Positions 35,851-49,760 of a stretch of 64,000 bases of DNA are shown here, one piece after another (position 1 is the stretch's first letter; each line of letters opens with the position of its first letter). The translations under genes were made by a program, and so were the position numbers. This DNA comes from Haplodiscus bocki (taxonomy: Eukaryota), in NCBI GenBank assembly GCA_965655095.1, contig OZ296649.1, positions 63,860,001 to 63,924,000 on the forward strand, in the 5' to 3' direction. The notes under the pieces were generated by a model, which saw only the letters and a list, made by a program, of their open reading frames with translations, made no database searches and was not told the DNA's origin.

Positions 35851-37899
35851 ATTTCAAAATTTTTGTTAGGTTGGAAACATTGAAAACCAAAATGGCCAGC
35901 AAGTTTAAAGGTTTTCAATTTTTCTAGCAAATCAAAATTTTTATTCTCTTGTGCTAAGGACTCCATTCTGTCCATCAGGGTATCAATCGAAATTTTCCTA
36001 ATCGTAAAAAAAACATTGATTTTCCAAACAAGGAATTTAGTTCCCTGCACCGGAACTTTGATGGGCCATATTAGCCAAAAAAATGAAGATTCTTCTGATT
36101 CGTATTGATATTGAAACTCTGTTTCCCTCAAAACGGCAACTGACAGGACTTCTTCCGTCAAGTTTCCGACCATTTTTTTTGCTTTTGTTCAACATGGTTC
36201 AATGCCCATATCTGTTTTCTTTGAAAGTTTGCATGTACTAAAATGCCCAAAGTTTTGTATATGTTTGATGCCTCCCTGTTTAAGAACTAATTTTTACGAC
36301 AGTTACCGACTGCATTTCTTCATCAAGTCCTCAATCGAAACGTTTTAAATTTTGAATAGTTTTGAAATGAGAAACTTTAAGTTGTATCGCTCTGAGGGAA
36401 CCTCAATTGGCTGAAAATTCCAAAACCTGCAAATGCGTATGATTCTTCCTGAGATTCCATCTCATCTGTCTCCAAAGCTATTGACTGGACTTCTTCCATC
36501 AAGTCTCAGTGGACAATTTTATCTGTGTATAAGGTTACTCGATAAAGATATTCCGAAATATGTTCCCAGCATTTGTACTCTCATAGGCTGAAATTGACAA
36601 AAGTTTGACTTGTAGTGGCTTTTCTCAGAATTTTTGGAAGGTGAATCAAAAATATACCTCAAGTTTAGTACTTTGCTTCGGAGCCCTGATAAATCGATAA
36701 TGCCGAAAATTGTAGAAGTCAGTGGTGGAATTGACAATTTTGAAAAACCTTTGAAAACTAGATTCAAGGCAGTATTTTCGTTTTTAATTTGTTGCAAAAG
36801 TTGATCAAGTATTTTGTAGTTAGGCGAAAAATATGCCGGTTCTAGCCGGCCGTCTTGTTTAAAATTCACTACATTTAACAAAAATTTTCTCTCAATTTTT
36901 TTGCTTCTCTTGTAAAGTGCCAAAGCGAGATACTGCTCACTCCTTGCCAGTCAAAACTACGGAAAGTATTTAGCAAATTGCGGAGCTGAAGCATTTCATC
37001 ATCCAACACTTCCAAGTTTCTTTTACCTCTTCGACGAAACCCACTTTAACGAATACGGATACAGTTAAAATTTTCGACTCTAATGAAGAAGAAGCCACTG
37101 AAGATCTAATACGCCAGTCTTAAAAAGGGAAGCAGGTAAACCCTTAAGGAACTTTCCCATACAATTTCTTTCGAAAACTCAAAAATACTCTTTTTGGGTA
37201 CATCAAGTTTAAACCTCATTAAGCACAACCACAACCAACTTGGAAAACTAGTCCTTTACTCATTTCCAGTAGCAAGACTTGAAGATTTGCAATCTGTCAT
37301 CTCTTACAAGAGCCGAGAGAACTCAAAACTGTGCTTTCACCTGCTAGTACTAACGACACGAAGTTCATTGAAAACAGTGAAGTGATTGCAGAGAATTCAT
37401 TCAGAGTACCGAAAGAAATCTCCTAAAATTTTAAATTTTCAGGCCGAAAAACATAACGCAGCTCCTAGTGCAATCTCAGCTCAAGTCCAGTTTTCCATCT
37501 ATCGTGCAAAGTCAATCAAAAGAATCTATCAAAAACCTATCAAAAATGCTTCAAAAGCGGAAAGAACAAGAGTTTCGACTAAAAATTCACCACCAAATGT
37601 TTTCGCCTGTTTTCTGGCCATACATTCCAGAAGCCACTAGGAACATATTATTATACTCTAGTATTTTAGTATAAGCTATTATTGTTGCTTCATTCTGTGA
37701 CCTGCTTTTTTGTCAAGTGCCTGTTCATGACGAAAAAAATTCTGATTCTGAATACTTTATTGCCCACGCTACACAAGCTTTTGATAATAGATCTGACAGA
37801 TATTCTAATAAAACCGAGCTGCAAATCTTCCAAAACACTTCAACAATTTGAAATCACCTCGTTAAAAAGAGACTGTTAAAAGACAATATATAACTTTTC

Positions 37900-40100
37900 T
37901 GGATATAAAACCAAACTGAGACCCCTATTTGACTATGACAACCAACGCTAAAATTCTGAAGTAAATCAACAACCTCACGTACATAACAATCAACTGTCAG
38001 AGCCACCTAAAAAACGATACTTGATACAAACGTTCAAGAGAGACTCTGGACCTAATGCCATGTAAGGACGGAAACTTAAAGAAATAGGGTTGAAAAAAGA
38101 CTATAATAATGAACTTTAGGCGTTCAATTGAGGCATTTACGTTTGTTTTCGACTTCGATCGGATTCTGGTCATTCCACAGAAGTCAAGGCGTGGAGGTTC
38201 ATTCCTCCTTGTGTCAAAAATATCCAATCCTAAAAACCGACCTGAACTGAACGTCCTCGACATAAGAACATTAGAGTATTTGGGTAGAAAATGAGAATTT
38301 TTCACTGAAGAGAGCGAACCGACAACTCACTAAGTCAGCAAACAACCCTCAAAAGAAACTCATGAAGAAAATTTTCTATCACCTACGAACAACGAGCGAC
38401 AGTGTGATCACCCGAAACAAAACTATCATACTGATGGGTGATAATACTATAAATTACATGAACACCAAAAAAGCAGTCTCTGGAAATTATCTCACTTCAA
38501 TACGCTCTTCGTCTGACTACCACCGACATATTGTGCGCATTCCCATTTTGGTATAGATGCCTTTTTAAAAGATGAAAACGGTTTTTTAATACTCTATTCC
38601 TTTATCATATTTTCTAATTTTTCCAATTTTAAAAATTTTATGATTTTTTGCCAAAAAAATCTCACAAATAAGGTGGAAAGACACTTTTAAAAAGTAACAC
38701 TATTTGAGACGCATTCTACGAAAAATTTGCCACATGTAACGATTTCCAAAAAGGAATTCGGTCTTTTTCAAAAAAAAACCATCTATTTCTCCAAAAAAAA
38801 ATTAATTTTGAACGTTTTGAGAAATTTTACTATTTTAGTTGCATTCTACAAAAAATTTGCTACAATTTGGTGAAAAAAACACATTCAGAAATGTGGACAA
38901 AGATCGTTTAACGTGAACGCAATTGACAAACATCGGGTAGAAAAACGCACCCACTTGAGTCGCTGATTTTGCTCCAAAATTATATAATATGGCGCAAAAT
39001 AAAACGAAATCAAATAGGGCGATCAAGGGGGACCTTAGAAACATTTTCTTTCTACAGCTTTATGTTTTCTACAGCAAATTTTACACCGTCTCCCGATTTT
39101 TGAATTTTTCGAAAAAAAACTCAAGCTTTCAATTAAAAAAAGGTCACGGAGGTTTTACTGTTTTATTCGAACCTTTCAACAGACTTGCCATTTTATGCCA
39201 CTTTAAAAAAATTGGTAATTTTTCAAAGACATATCCCATACCGAGGAACGTACTTTTCCTTACCCATTTTCGAGAAATGTCAATAATTGAAACGGAATAG
39301 GAAGTAAATTTGTTACTTGTTGGTAGTGAAAAAAAGTCGGAGACAGAAAGTGCATCATGGTTATCAATTTTTGGCAAGTAAACGGATAAAAGAACGCTTA
39401 CCCGGTGTGCATGATGTTCGTTCCTTCAGTTTATTAAAAAAATCGCAAAATGAGACTGCAAAATACTGCATTTAGTGCATCACATTGGATACAAATAAAT
39501 CAAAACTTACCATAGGGAACTGTAATTGGACCACTCTTTTTAAACAAGTGCGTTAAATACAATACACTAGCAATCCCGAACAGTTGCAGAACAGGGCAGT
39601 ATGCATAGGAGACTATGATCTACACAGCAAATGAGTAAATGAAACCAGTGAAAAAGCTCGCAATGATTTCAAAAATCTATCAATGCAATTGGACAAATGT
39701 TTGTTAGCGCGTCCTTAATGCTCAACAAACACTTTTGTCTGAGGACTGGGTTTTAAGGAAGTCCGCTTCATTAAAAAATAAAGTGATGTCATTAAGTATT
39801 TTGGTGGCCTCCTTCATATCTATTTAACATACCAAGCTGAAGTTAAGTACATACTAAAACAGTTTCTTTAATCAATATCGTCCATTCAAGGAAAACATGT
39901 TTTTCGATCAAAAATTAGAAAAAAATTGATGCAAGTGCTTAGTCATACCCATTATCCTTCCATTTTACTCTCCAGTTTATCGAAGAGAATGGTAACTTTA
40001 CTCGGGAAAAAATCATTTGGACCATAAACACGTGATTCCATCGCAAAATAAAGAATGCTTCAACGATTTGAGAATATAGATGGTAATGTTATTAATTTCC
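37900..40100 (+). mobile_element. Highly decayed LINE (APE endonuclease and RT fragments) interrupted by a repeat at ~38550-39420
   Basis: RRGGSFLLV (38148-38175) and TIILMGDNTINY (38422-38457) resemble APE motifs. P*GTVIGPLFL (39510-39542) matches the PQGSxLGPLLF RT motif, with a later KYFG. Confidence 0.6.
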
Positions 40101-43100
40101 GTCACATTAAATTACAAAAAGAAATCCATTCTCTCAGTGTGTAGACTTTTTATCCGGATTTTGCCAATTGGTAGTGAACATGTTCACGTTTTTTTTGGAA
40201 TTAAAATTGTTCTTCTGGACTCATGGAATTCAGTTTTGACAACCCTGCTGAAAATTTTTCGCTCAGTGTCCGAAATTTTTTTCACTCAAAGTCCAGAAAA
40301 AACTTCTGAAAATACAAAATTTTTCGAAAAAATATTTTCCTCAAAAATTCCACTGGAAATTTTTCCCCTGGCGATTTTTCCTTTTTTTTATGGCTGCAGT
40401 CAGTTAATTTTTTGATATTTTTTTGACATAGAAACTTAGAAACCGACCTAAATTTGGTCAATTTGACCAAAGTTGTCAAATTAGAGGTGGTTTATCTCAA
40501 TAGGAAAGACTCTAAAAGGATTGAAGTTTGAGCAAGCTTAACAAAGAGACTCTGCTTCATCACACTATAAAATTTGGTATTGGTCTGACATACCTTTGAC
40601 GATTTTTTACCGAGAGATACCTAGAAACCGAGTTAAATTTTGGTAATTTGTTCACCATACTTGTTTTATTATAATTTACTTGTTTCATCATGTGGTGATT
40701 CAAAAAACTTGAATTAGGCATGCTTTAAAAAACAGATTCTGTTCTACCACATAGTAAATTTTGATTCCGGTTCAATATTTTCCATTTGAATTTGTTGCCG
40801 AAAAAATCAGAAAACAAAAATAAAACTTCAATTACTTGAACAATAAATGTCGTATTTTAAGTCGCCCATTTCGACATACAGGGCTCCAAGATGTCTAACA
40901 ATTGATCAAATTTTACGATAAGTCCCTTTCTTACCACATACTAAACTTCAGTTCCAGCATTGTCGATCTGTATGAAACTTCAGATTTCTTGGCTTTTTCA
41001 AAGACTCGTGTGAGCTTCAATTCTCTTTTTTTTGACACCTAGTTCCTCAAATTACTTCAATTTTGAAGAAATATAAACTTAAAAGTCAAATTCTTCACTT
41101 AGTCAATTTTAGTTGCCTTGACGAAATTTTGCGATAGGTGTTTTTTGCGAACACATCTGGAAAACCGAGCTGTCATGAACAATTTTTGTTGAATCTCAGT
41201 GCTTTAAACTGAAAGCAAGCCCTTGGAAAATCTTTAGTTTGCCATGGCGTAGTAGAAAGTACCGAATCAGTATTTTAATTTCTAATGGTTGCTAGGAAAT
41301 TTTTCCGTTGTGTTTTTGCGCAGAAGTGTCTCGATAATGAAGCTTCTTTTGAAATATTCGTCAATTTGAAGTCTTTATTTTGGCACGTAGGTCATACTTT
41401 TCCATAAATTCTTCACAACTTCAATCAAAGATTCCAAATGATGAGATAGCAGCTTTTCGTTTAGGTGTCAACCGGTGTCAATAATTAATTTTTATTTTTT
41501 ACATAAAGCAGAAGTTCCGAGAAGAGACCACCTTTGCACAGAATCAACGGAATGCTTCAATCGAGTGTTTGTTGTATGTTCGATCAACGACCCCTTTGTC
41601 TCAAAACCACCAAATGCAACTCTGTTATCAAAGTCTCAAGCTACAAATTTCTGCTTCTACCAAATTGTTTGCAACAGATGGAATCATTTTGGTTCCTTAC
41701 ATCGGAAATTTAATACCGTGAAACAACCGGAACCCGCTACAAAACCGGGTCTCCTCAAATTGTTGAAATTTAAACCTCTCCAAAATTGAGGGTTTGATTT
41801 TTTCGATCAATAGACAGCGCGTAATTTGTAAGTTACCATTTCAAAAAATGATTCGGGTTTTGTTCTATTAATGGGAAACTTGACTTGCCGAGAACGTCGA
41901 GCATTGTAATTTTTCTCCGAAACTACCGGCCCCATCTCCTCATCGAAGCTTCAATCGAAAGCGTTTTCTTTCTTTCTTTTTGTTCCTGCAGTGGGCACCT
42001 GGAGAAGAGGCTAAAACGAAAACGGCTCCAGTACTGGCTCTAACTTCTAAAACCGTTTTCTTTAAAATTAAGGGCAGGATCTTCCATTACGCTCTGACTG
42101 ACGTGTGGCTAGAAATGAATTGTTTTTTAACAAATTTTGAGCCATTCATGCTTTGTGCATCAAAAATATTTGAGATCAAAAATGGCAAAAAGTGTCATTG
42201 GGATTATTTAGCCGAATCCACCGGCTTGATTTTTTCCATCAGAACCTCAATTGACAGCGTTCTATTGGTACGCGCCATTTAAAATTTTTTTGCGGGCCTT
42301 TTCTATATTCTTCTTCTTACTGGTACCTTGCTCAGCCGAAAATGCCAAAAAGTGTTATTGATACTGGCTTTTCTCGATCTTGAAACTCACGTTCCTCTGC
42401 AAACATCTAGGAAGATGCTTTACATCAAAGTGTTATCTTGCGACAGCTGTTTATTTTTATGAACTATTCGTCATCATTTTAATTGGTTGTTTTCTTAAAT
42501 AGAAAATGCAAAAGCCAGAAAATTCCGAAAAATACATTCAATAATGAATTTTCTCGTTATTTAAAATAATTTCTTCTGTCTGTCTACAACACCTGGGAAA
42601 TTGCTTCCATGAAGATGTCAATCGACAACTTTCAATTTGCAGATAAAAATTGTTTCTCTTATCTTCATTTTCGTTGCTTGCATCTAAAACTTGGACGGCC
42701 AACGATGCCAGGTTTTTCTCCAAATTGGAAACCTCACAGGCTGGCAAAAGCAAATACTTGCAATACGGTTGATCACTTTGTCAGAATCTGCTTTTAGCAA
42801 AAGAAAGGTTTTTAGTCAATATTGTCTGATTATTTTGATCTATCATTTTTGAACCCTTGTCTACTGAAAAGTTTGCATTGCCGCTTTGCATCTTGTTGTT
42901 GTCAAATATGGAATTATTAACTTTTTACCGGTACTGTTTTTTCTAAATTTGGCCGCGCGTTCCGCGGATGAAGCCAAAACAAGCGATTTGATTGCTGAAA
43001 AGGGCACACACAAAATGAACAAACGGAACAGTGCTTGGAAAGTTGGCTGTGATTTCGTTGGAGTATTTCAGTAGTTTTCTGAAGTTTTTGAACTAAAAAA

Positions 43101-43972
43101 CTCTGACTCAATGCTTTGAAAAAGTTGTTCAAGGAGCAAAAATTTCTCATGAAAGATGTTGGCGGAAGGACCAACTTTCCAGGCACTGGCTAAGCATTAG
43201 TCATTCGCAACAAGCCGCAAGCTCACAAATGAATTATCAGTGTTGTTAATAACATACAAATACCCTGGTTTTGTTGGCAAATACTCAGATCTTTTCAAAT
43301 CTATTGGGGCTATTATCGTCGTGTGTTTTCTAAGAGAGCAAACAACAAAATGGTTAAACACTGAAAATGAATGTTTGAAGGACAAAAACAACATGAAATT
43401 AGAGTATAAAGAGACATTTTGTCTACAAGGAAGAATGAAATTTTGAGAGATGAAGATGTCGCATAAATTTGGACAATGATATTATTTTGTTTTTCAATAA
43501 AAGGTTTTTAAGCGGCAATAACCCAAAACATAGTTTCTCATTTTAAATGATAGAAGGTTGACCAAAATCCCAAAAGCTCAATTCTTGGAATATTTTTTCG
43601 AACAGTATTCATGATAGTATCTTGAGAAAGCAAATTGAATTTCTCTCCATTTTGTCAAAAAAGCATGAAGAGTTCAATTTAGAACGTTTTCAGATCAATG
43701 CTTATGCTTGAATGGTCGGTGCTTTTGCCATGTCAACTGTTGCCTTTCTTACCAACAACTTCAGCACTTTCTAGCCGAAGCGTTCCTTAAGAAGTGAAAC
43801 TGTAATAACGTGGTCCAAAAATTGTTGCTTAAACCACAGGAATTTGAGTCAGAGCTGAACGGACTGAAATTCTAGAAATCAACTTGGGGCCAATTTAGCG
43901 TACTGATTTGTCGTACACTAATAATGGCATAATTATATCATTAGTTTTCAGTTAAAATGACGTAATGAGATT

Positions 43973-44297
43973 TCATCTAAAGTGACTTAATGAGAAATCA
44001 TCTAAAAAGATGTCATGAGAACTCTTCCAAAAATGAATATACCTTGGAGAATACTTGGGAGCTAGTACAGGCTGTGTTGCGGCCCTTTTGAAAGGATAAC
44101 TCTGAGACAAGAAGCAGTTATTGGAGCTAGAGGAAGGGCTATTAGTTATTGTGTCTGGAACGAGCCCATCAGTTCCCAAGCAAGATATTCCATCCATGGA
44201 CATGAAATTTTGTAGATCTTTGTTTTCCTTGCTTCCGATATCAACTTCATTGTTTCCCCAGCAAATATAGGAGACTAAGTGAAGGTTTCCTGAAGCC
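43973..44297 (-). CDS. Candidate host exon of unknown gene
   Basis: ACTAACAG acceptor-like site at 44298-44305 followed by an open frame (ASGNLHLVSYICWGNNEV...) to a stop at 43973; possible internal donor AAG|GTATAT near 44042. No recognisable domain. Confidence 0.25.
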
Positions 44298-47200
44298 CTG
44301 TTAGTGCATGAATAAAGTAGTTAGCTTTCAAACGTACTTTAAATTTATAAAATTGAACTAAGTTTTGAATTTTTTTTATTAAGACTGAAGGTCTCCAGTA
44401 CTCTTCTAAACTCGCTCATCAATTTCCGCCATTAAATACTCTCATTACTCTATTTAGTGACCCTTAGATTGTCTAAAAAGAAAGTTCTTTCTTTTCTCGC
44501 AATAGATTGAAAACTTTGATCCTCAAACAAACCATCCACGAATTGCCTACGCATTTTCTTTTTCGTAATAATAAATCAAATACAATAACAGCATTCAAGG
44601 GATTCAAAGACTATTGTTTAGAAGTCATGAAGAGCTTTTGGTCGACTGTTTTGTAGAAAATGTCGATTCTGTAATCACTTTTTTTTCTTTCATTTTTCTA
44701 CGATCACAACGAATAATCCACTTCTTTATTTTTTGTTTTCGAGTATATCGACCGGCTTTTCTTTACACCGTATTTTACAGCATGCCAGTGCAGTCAAAAA
44801 CGAACACCTACAAAATCCCAAAAATACCAAAGGGACCCCATGCGAAATTTTGCGGTACTGTGGGATAAAAAATATATTCGACAAGAAAATTTCCGACTTA
44901 ATTTTTGTTCTACCCCCTCTGTGGTTTAACCAAATTTTTGCGCCCAAAAGATGGGCGACGTTGATTTTCAGCTGTTCTCAGTTTAATAATATGTAGTAAT
45001 AACCCTCTATAAACTTACCATTGAGGGCTATCATGTGTTATGCGTCCAACCAGTTGAATTTCATGTCGGGCTCTGTTGGGCCCTGCAACTGTCGATAGAG
45101 ATGTCGTAATGTACCTAATTTTGGGGTACTCATTAAAATGACCGCTCTTTTTCGTGTAAGAGGAGGTCATTTTGGATCACAAGCCTTATTAAAGCAAGAA
45201 GGAAAGAGAAAACGTGTAATTGTGGTAAAAAAGGAAATTATTATCTAAACTATATTTATGCTGAGATTCATTGATTATGGAAACATAAAGCGTTATGAAA
45301 TTCGAGGCAATCTTTGATGGAAAATAATTTTCCTTTTCAAGAAAAGGCTTTTATTTCCACCTGTAGTTTATGGCCTCACGAAAAAACGGCGTCTATGAGG
45401 ACCAAATTATTCCCTTCTTGAACCTGTCATGCTTTTACAGTTCTCATATCGCTAACCTAGCTGTTTAGATGATATAGACACGTCAATGCACTGACAGGGT
45501 GGTAATTTTCATTACCATCTGATATTTAAGGAGTCTGCTGAGTGCACGACTCGTTCTAGTAACCCTGAAAGTATTTGAATTTTTGCAAAACAAATGGAAA
45601 ATTGTTGTCAGAATGGCGCCGAGTGTTATAATATCTTGTTTTTACAACCAATTGAAAAACAAACGTTCACTTTTCAAAGTAGTTCTTTTTATACAATGAT
45701 TCGATTCTTTTTTCACTTAAAAAAAGGAGGCTACGACAGTTGTTTGATGAAATTAAATTAAGGTAGCTTCAATTTCCAACAGGTTTGGAACGGCCAAAGT
45801 CGGTGCCGCCCGTAAGCCTCAAAATATCCATAGGAGGACCTTTGCTTTGGAAAAATTGTGGCTTTTTGGACAAAAAAATTAGTGCAATCACGTTTTGTTT
45901 TTGGTAGAACCGTATCGCAATTTTTCAAAATTTGTCGAAAATGGGAGGAAAGGTTGAAAATTTAGCAGACTGATTTTTGGTACGATTTATAGTGCCTCAA
46001 ACGATATATAGTCCTTAGTTCAATCATATTTGGTACATCCTATTTCAGAAAATACTTTGAAATATATTTAGGGTACATGTAAGGGGGTTATCACGGAAAA
46101 AAAGTTGATCGAAGGCCCAAAACTTTCCTAAATGAATAAGTTGTTTTCGCGCTCCTGGAATGTAATCCCGAACGTAAAATTAATGGGTACCTTGAAAACT
46201 TTGGTGGCCCGAAACATTTTGAACAATTTGTAGTTTTACACAGTAAATTAAACCCACTGTATTAATCGGGCACTTTATTACAAAAGCGCTGACTGAAAAT
46301 AACACGAAAATTTATTTGACCGCTTGCAATTTTTCTCTGAGAAAAATTGTTTTCGCAATTTTCACGAAAATTTTGTTGAAGGTGATAAGCTGTGAGCAAT
46401 GTGTTAAAGATGAAAGAAGGTGATGAATTCACTCGCTTCGAATGGTACAAAATGAACTGGTTCTTCTTGCAAGTGGCAGCTTGCAAAGATGTCAATTGGC
46501 AAGCCTATACTTCCGTTAGCATCTCTCTGGGTGTTACTCTTCAAGCGTAAAATAAGAAAAGAAGAGCAGTCGCACTGCGATTTTTTCCATCAAAGAGGCG
46601 TTGAAATTATTGATCGAGCATACAACAAACGATTCTTCAAAGATTTCTACTATATAGAAAGTTGTCAATTGAAGTTCTGTTGGAAAAATTCCAGCCGAGC
46701 TTCAGAAAAAGATGATTACGAACATTGACAAAATAACAATAACAGCTGCACTTTTCAGTATCTTCGGCCCATTATGAAACTTCTGTTGATTGTGTCAAAA
46801 TCAGAAACTTCTAATTCAAAGACTCTTCTACAGATAGAAGGCTGTCAATAAAAACCTTGATGTAAGAAGTCAAGCCAACATTTATGGAGAAACAAGAATT
46901 TTAAAAAAGGGTTATGTCAAAATTTATTATATTTCTTTGGCACTTTCAGGCTATCAGGTTTCTGAAATAAAGATCAAAATCCATCATTTTTCTATCAAAT
47001 AATCCCCCTAAAATTGGGATATGTTGCTTTTGCCTTTGACGGGAGAATTCGAGCTCGTATTTTGTGGAAAAATTTGAAATCGAAAACGAAGAGGTAAATG
47101 TTGAAATCAATTTTGGCATTTTCGGCTTGTCACGAATTGGGAGCAAAAAACATGTGCAATAAGGGCTCACAGCAAGGCTCGCTGCAACAGCTTGCCAAAA

Positions 47201-49599
47201 ACAAAGGAACCGCACCATCACCTTTAAAGTGAAACTCCGCAGATTCACGGATTTGACAAATGTCTGAGGTTTTAAAAAGTATTCCACAGATATCGATCTA
47301 AATTTTTTTGGACACACCTTATCCAAAACAGTTCTTGGTTTTAACTCAATTTTTGATACATTGGAGTGTTTTTGTTATTGCTATGCCAAATCGGCCTCAT
47401 TTTCAGCAATTGCTTCCAAGATTTAGGACCCAAGGTTCACAAAATTTTCAAAATGGCCGCCTCGGTATGATAAGCCACGGTAAACCAAAAAAAAACATTT
47501 TCAGTTTCTTTTGATCTTTTTGGCTCCTGAAGAAACAAAACACCAAAAAAACTGATATAAGTTAAAAATTTGCCGAAATTTTACTCACAATTAAAGTCTC
47601 TTTCGGCTGTTTTTAAAAACCCAGCTGTTCTCAAAACCAAATTCCACGCCTCCATTTGAAAACGTAGTGAGAAATAAATTTGAAGTTTGTCAACAGTGCC
47701 ATCTACGTGTCCCAAGGAACAATTTGAGCCAAAAACTTCTCGAAAAAGTCGCGGTTGGCGCACCCAGGTTACACAAATCACTGGAAAAATTTCTATTCAC
47801 TGAGTGACTGATTTTAATTTTGTATGAAAAACTTTACGACGGAAAGTACCAAGGTTACAAAGGCACTGCAATATTCTCCGTCAAGAGGGGCTGAGAAGTG
47901 ACTAGTTGAGAGAAAGGTATTGATTTCGACAAAAAAGAAACACAATAGTGAGAGACAGATCAACCAATACCAATTGCACTCATTCCCCCTGGCGGTCTGA
48001 ATAGTTTTACAACGCGACTGCAGAATTAAATAATTTGTCATATAACAAGGTTCTACAAACAGTTGTCAAAAATACCTGGTTGGATGACCCGAACAAAAGT
48101 TCAGAAGGTCACTGAAATCTTTTATTGGCAACTTCAGCCAACCAAAAGTTTCTATAAAAAGCATTATCGTTTTTTGTCTAAAACTCTTTTCTAATGGAAG
48201 AAAGAAATTTTTGAAACTTCCAATGAAAAAATTAGGCAGGTAGATTTGGAGAAACTGAGATTAAACATTAAGTGAACTAGATCCATTAATGAACTCTGAT
48301 AATTTTGGCCATTCCGGATGCCAACAAGAAGAACCTAAACGCGGATAATTGTATTCAATGGCTCCACATGAGTAGAGAGTTGTCGATCGACACCTCGAGA
48401 GAAGAATTGGAGCAGGTGATTCCGCAAAAAAATGTTTGATTATCGAGAAAAGTCAAAACTAAAGGCATACTGTGATTCTTTTGGCCAGTTGGACTTACCA
48501 AGCAAGGAACAAAACCGAAAAACTTTCACTCATATGAAGTATTGTTGTTTGGAGCCTTGATGAAAGCAATCAAGCCATGACTTTGTAAGAAACTGAGTCG
48601 GAATATCCAGAGAAATCAATTTATATTTCTTTTTTTCGGCAACTTCGGCGTCGCAGAATTTGCCAAATAGTCAAACACTAAATCAACAATACCACTTCTG
48701 AATGGAGTAAAACGACGATGACACAGGCGCAGCCTCGTATTGGAGGGAATTGAGTATTCCCAGAAATTTCCCCAAATTCATCCCTAAAAACTTTGTTTCT
48801 GTCACTTTTTCACGCCTTCGACCCCTATTGATTCCCATTCGAGGAACTAAACCGAAGTAAAATCGTATTTTCCTTTTTGGGACGTAGAAAATTTCCGATT
48901 GAGGCGATGATGAAAGATGCAAAATGGAATTCTCAGAAAAATTCATGAAAATTTCACCAAAAATCAATACTGATTGCGGAGTTTTTCGGCATTTCTGGCC
49001 TATCTACACTCCCATTTGAGAAATCAAAATGAAGCTAATAGTATCGAACTAACTTCTACAAGAACACAAGCCTCCATTGAAAAAATGATGGAAGAGTTGT
49101 GTCAAGAGCATGTTATGTACTTTCAAAAGATATTCTTGTCTTTTTTTGAATATTTTTCCAAGTCTAATTTTTTTCGCCACATATGTAATATGCAAGAAAA
49201 ATTGTTCGTTCAGTAGGGTTAGTTTTCTTCTTCTTTCGTGCCAAAATTGCCAACCATTCTGATTGAAAATGTAGGGTTAGGACTGCAGGGTTCTCAAGCA
49301 GTAGGTTCCAGGCTCGAGTCTCTGTCGTGACAAATGTTTTTATGATTTATCCCTAACATATTTTGATACCCAAAATTAATGAAACACTAAAGGGTCCCAT
49401 TACGAAATTTTCAGCTCTGTGAGAAAAAAAAATTTCGACGAAAAATTTTGATACTTCCTCCCTCCCCCCCCCCCACCCACCTTTTATCCATAAAATTGTT
49501 CGATACCAGAAACTTTGTGAAATACAGAAGGGTTCCCCTACGAAGTTTTCGGCACTGTGGGACAACAAATTTTTTATAGAAAATCGTGATACCTTTTTG

Positions 49600-49760
49600 C
49601 ATTAAGTACAGAAATCAATGGTGGAATTGATGTTTGCAAAAACTCTTTGAAAACTAAATTCAAAACAGTAGTTTTGTTTTTAACCGTTTGCAAAAGTTGA
49701 TCAAAATTTTCGTATTTGGTCGAAAGATATGCCGGTGCTAGCCGGCCGTCTTGTTTTATT
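49600..49760 (+). repeat. Dispersed repeat end motif (also 36720-36860, inverted at ~18011-18050)
   Basis: Shared TGCAAAAGTTGATCAA...ATATGCCGGT.CTAGCCGGCCGTCTTGTTT. Confidence 0.7.

Noticed and set aside
35463-36173. Long ORFs (up to 236 aa) in the ORF track
   Set aside because: Artefacts of translating through the 200-N gap.
35880-36520. Possible additional minus-strand LINE 3' fragment (YKTLGIL resembling KYLG)
   Set aside because: Only one weak motif, so it is too degenerate to support a call.
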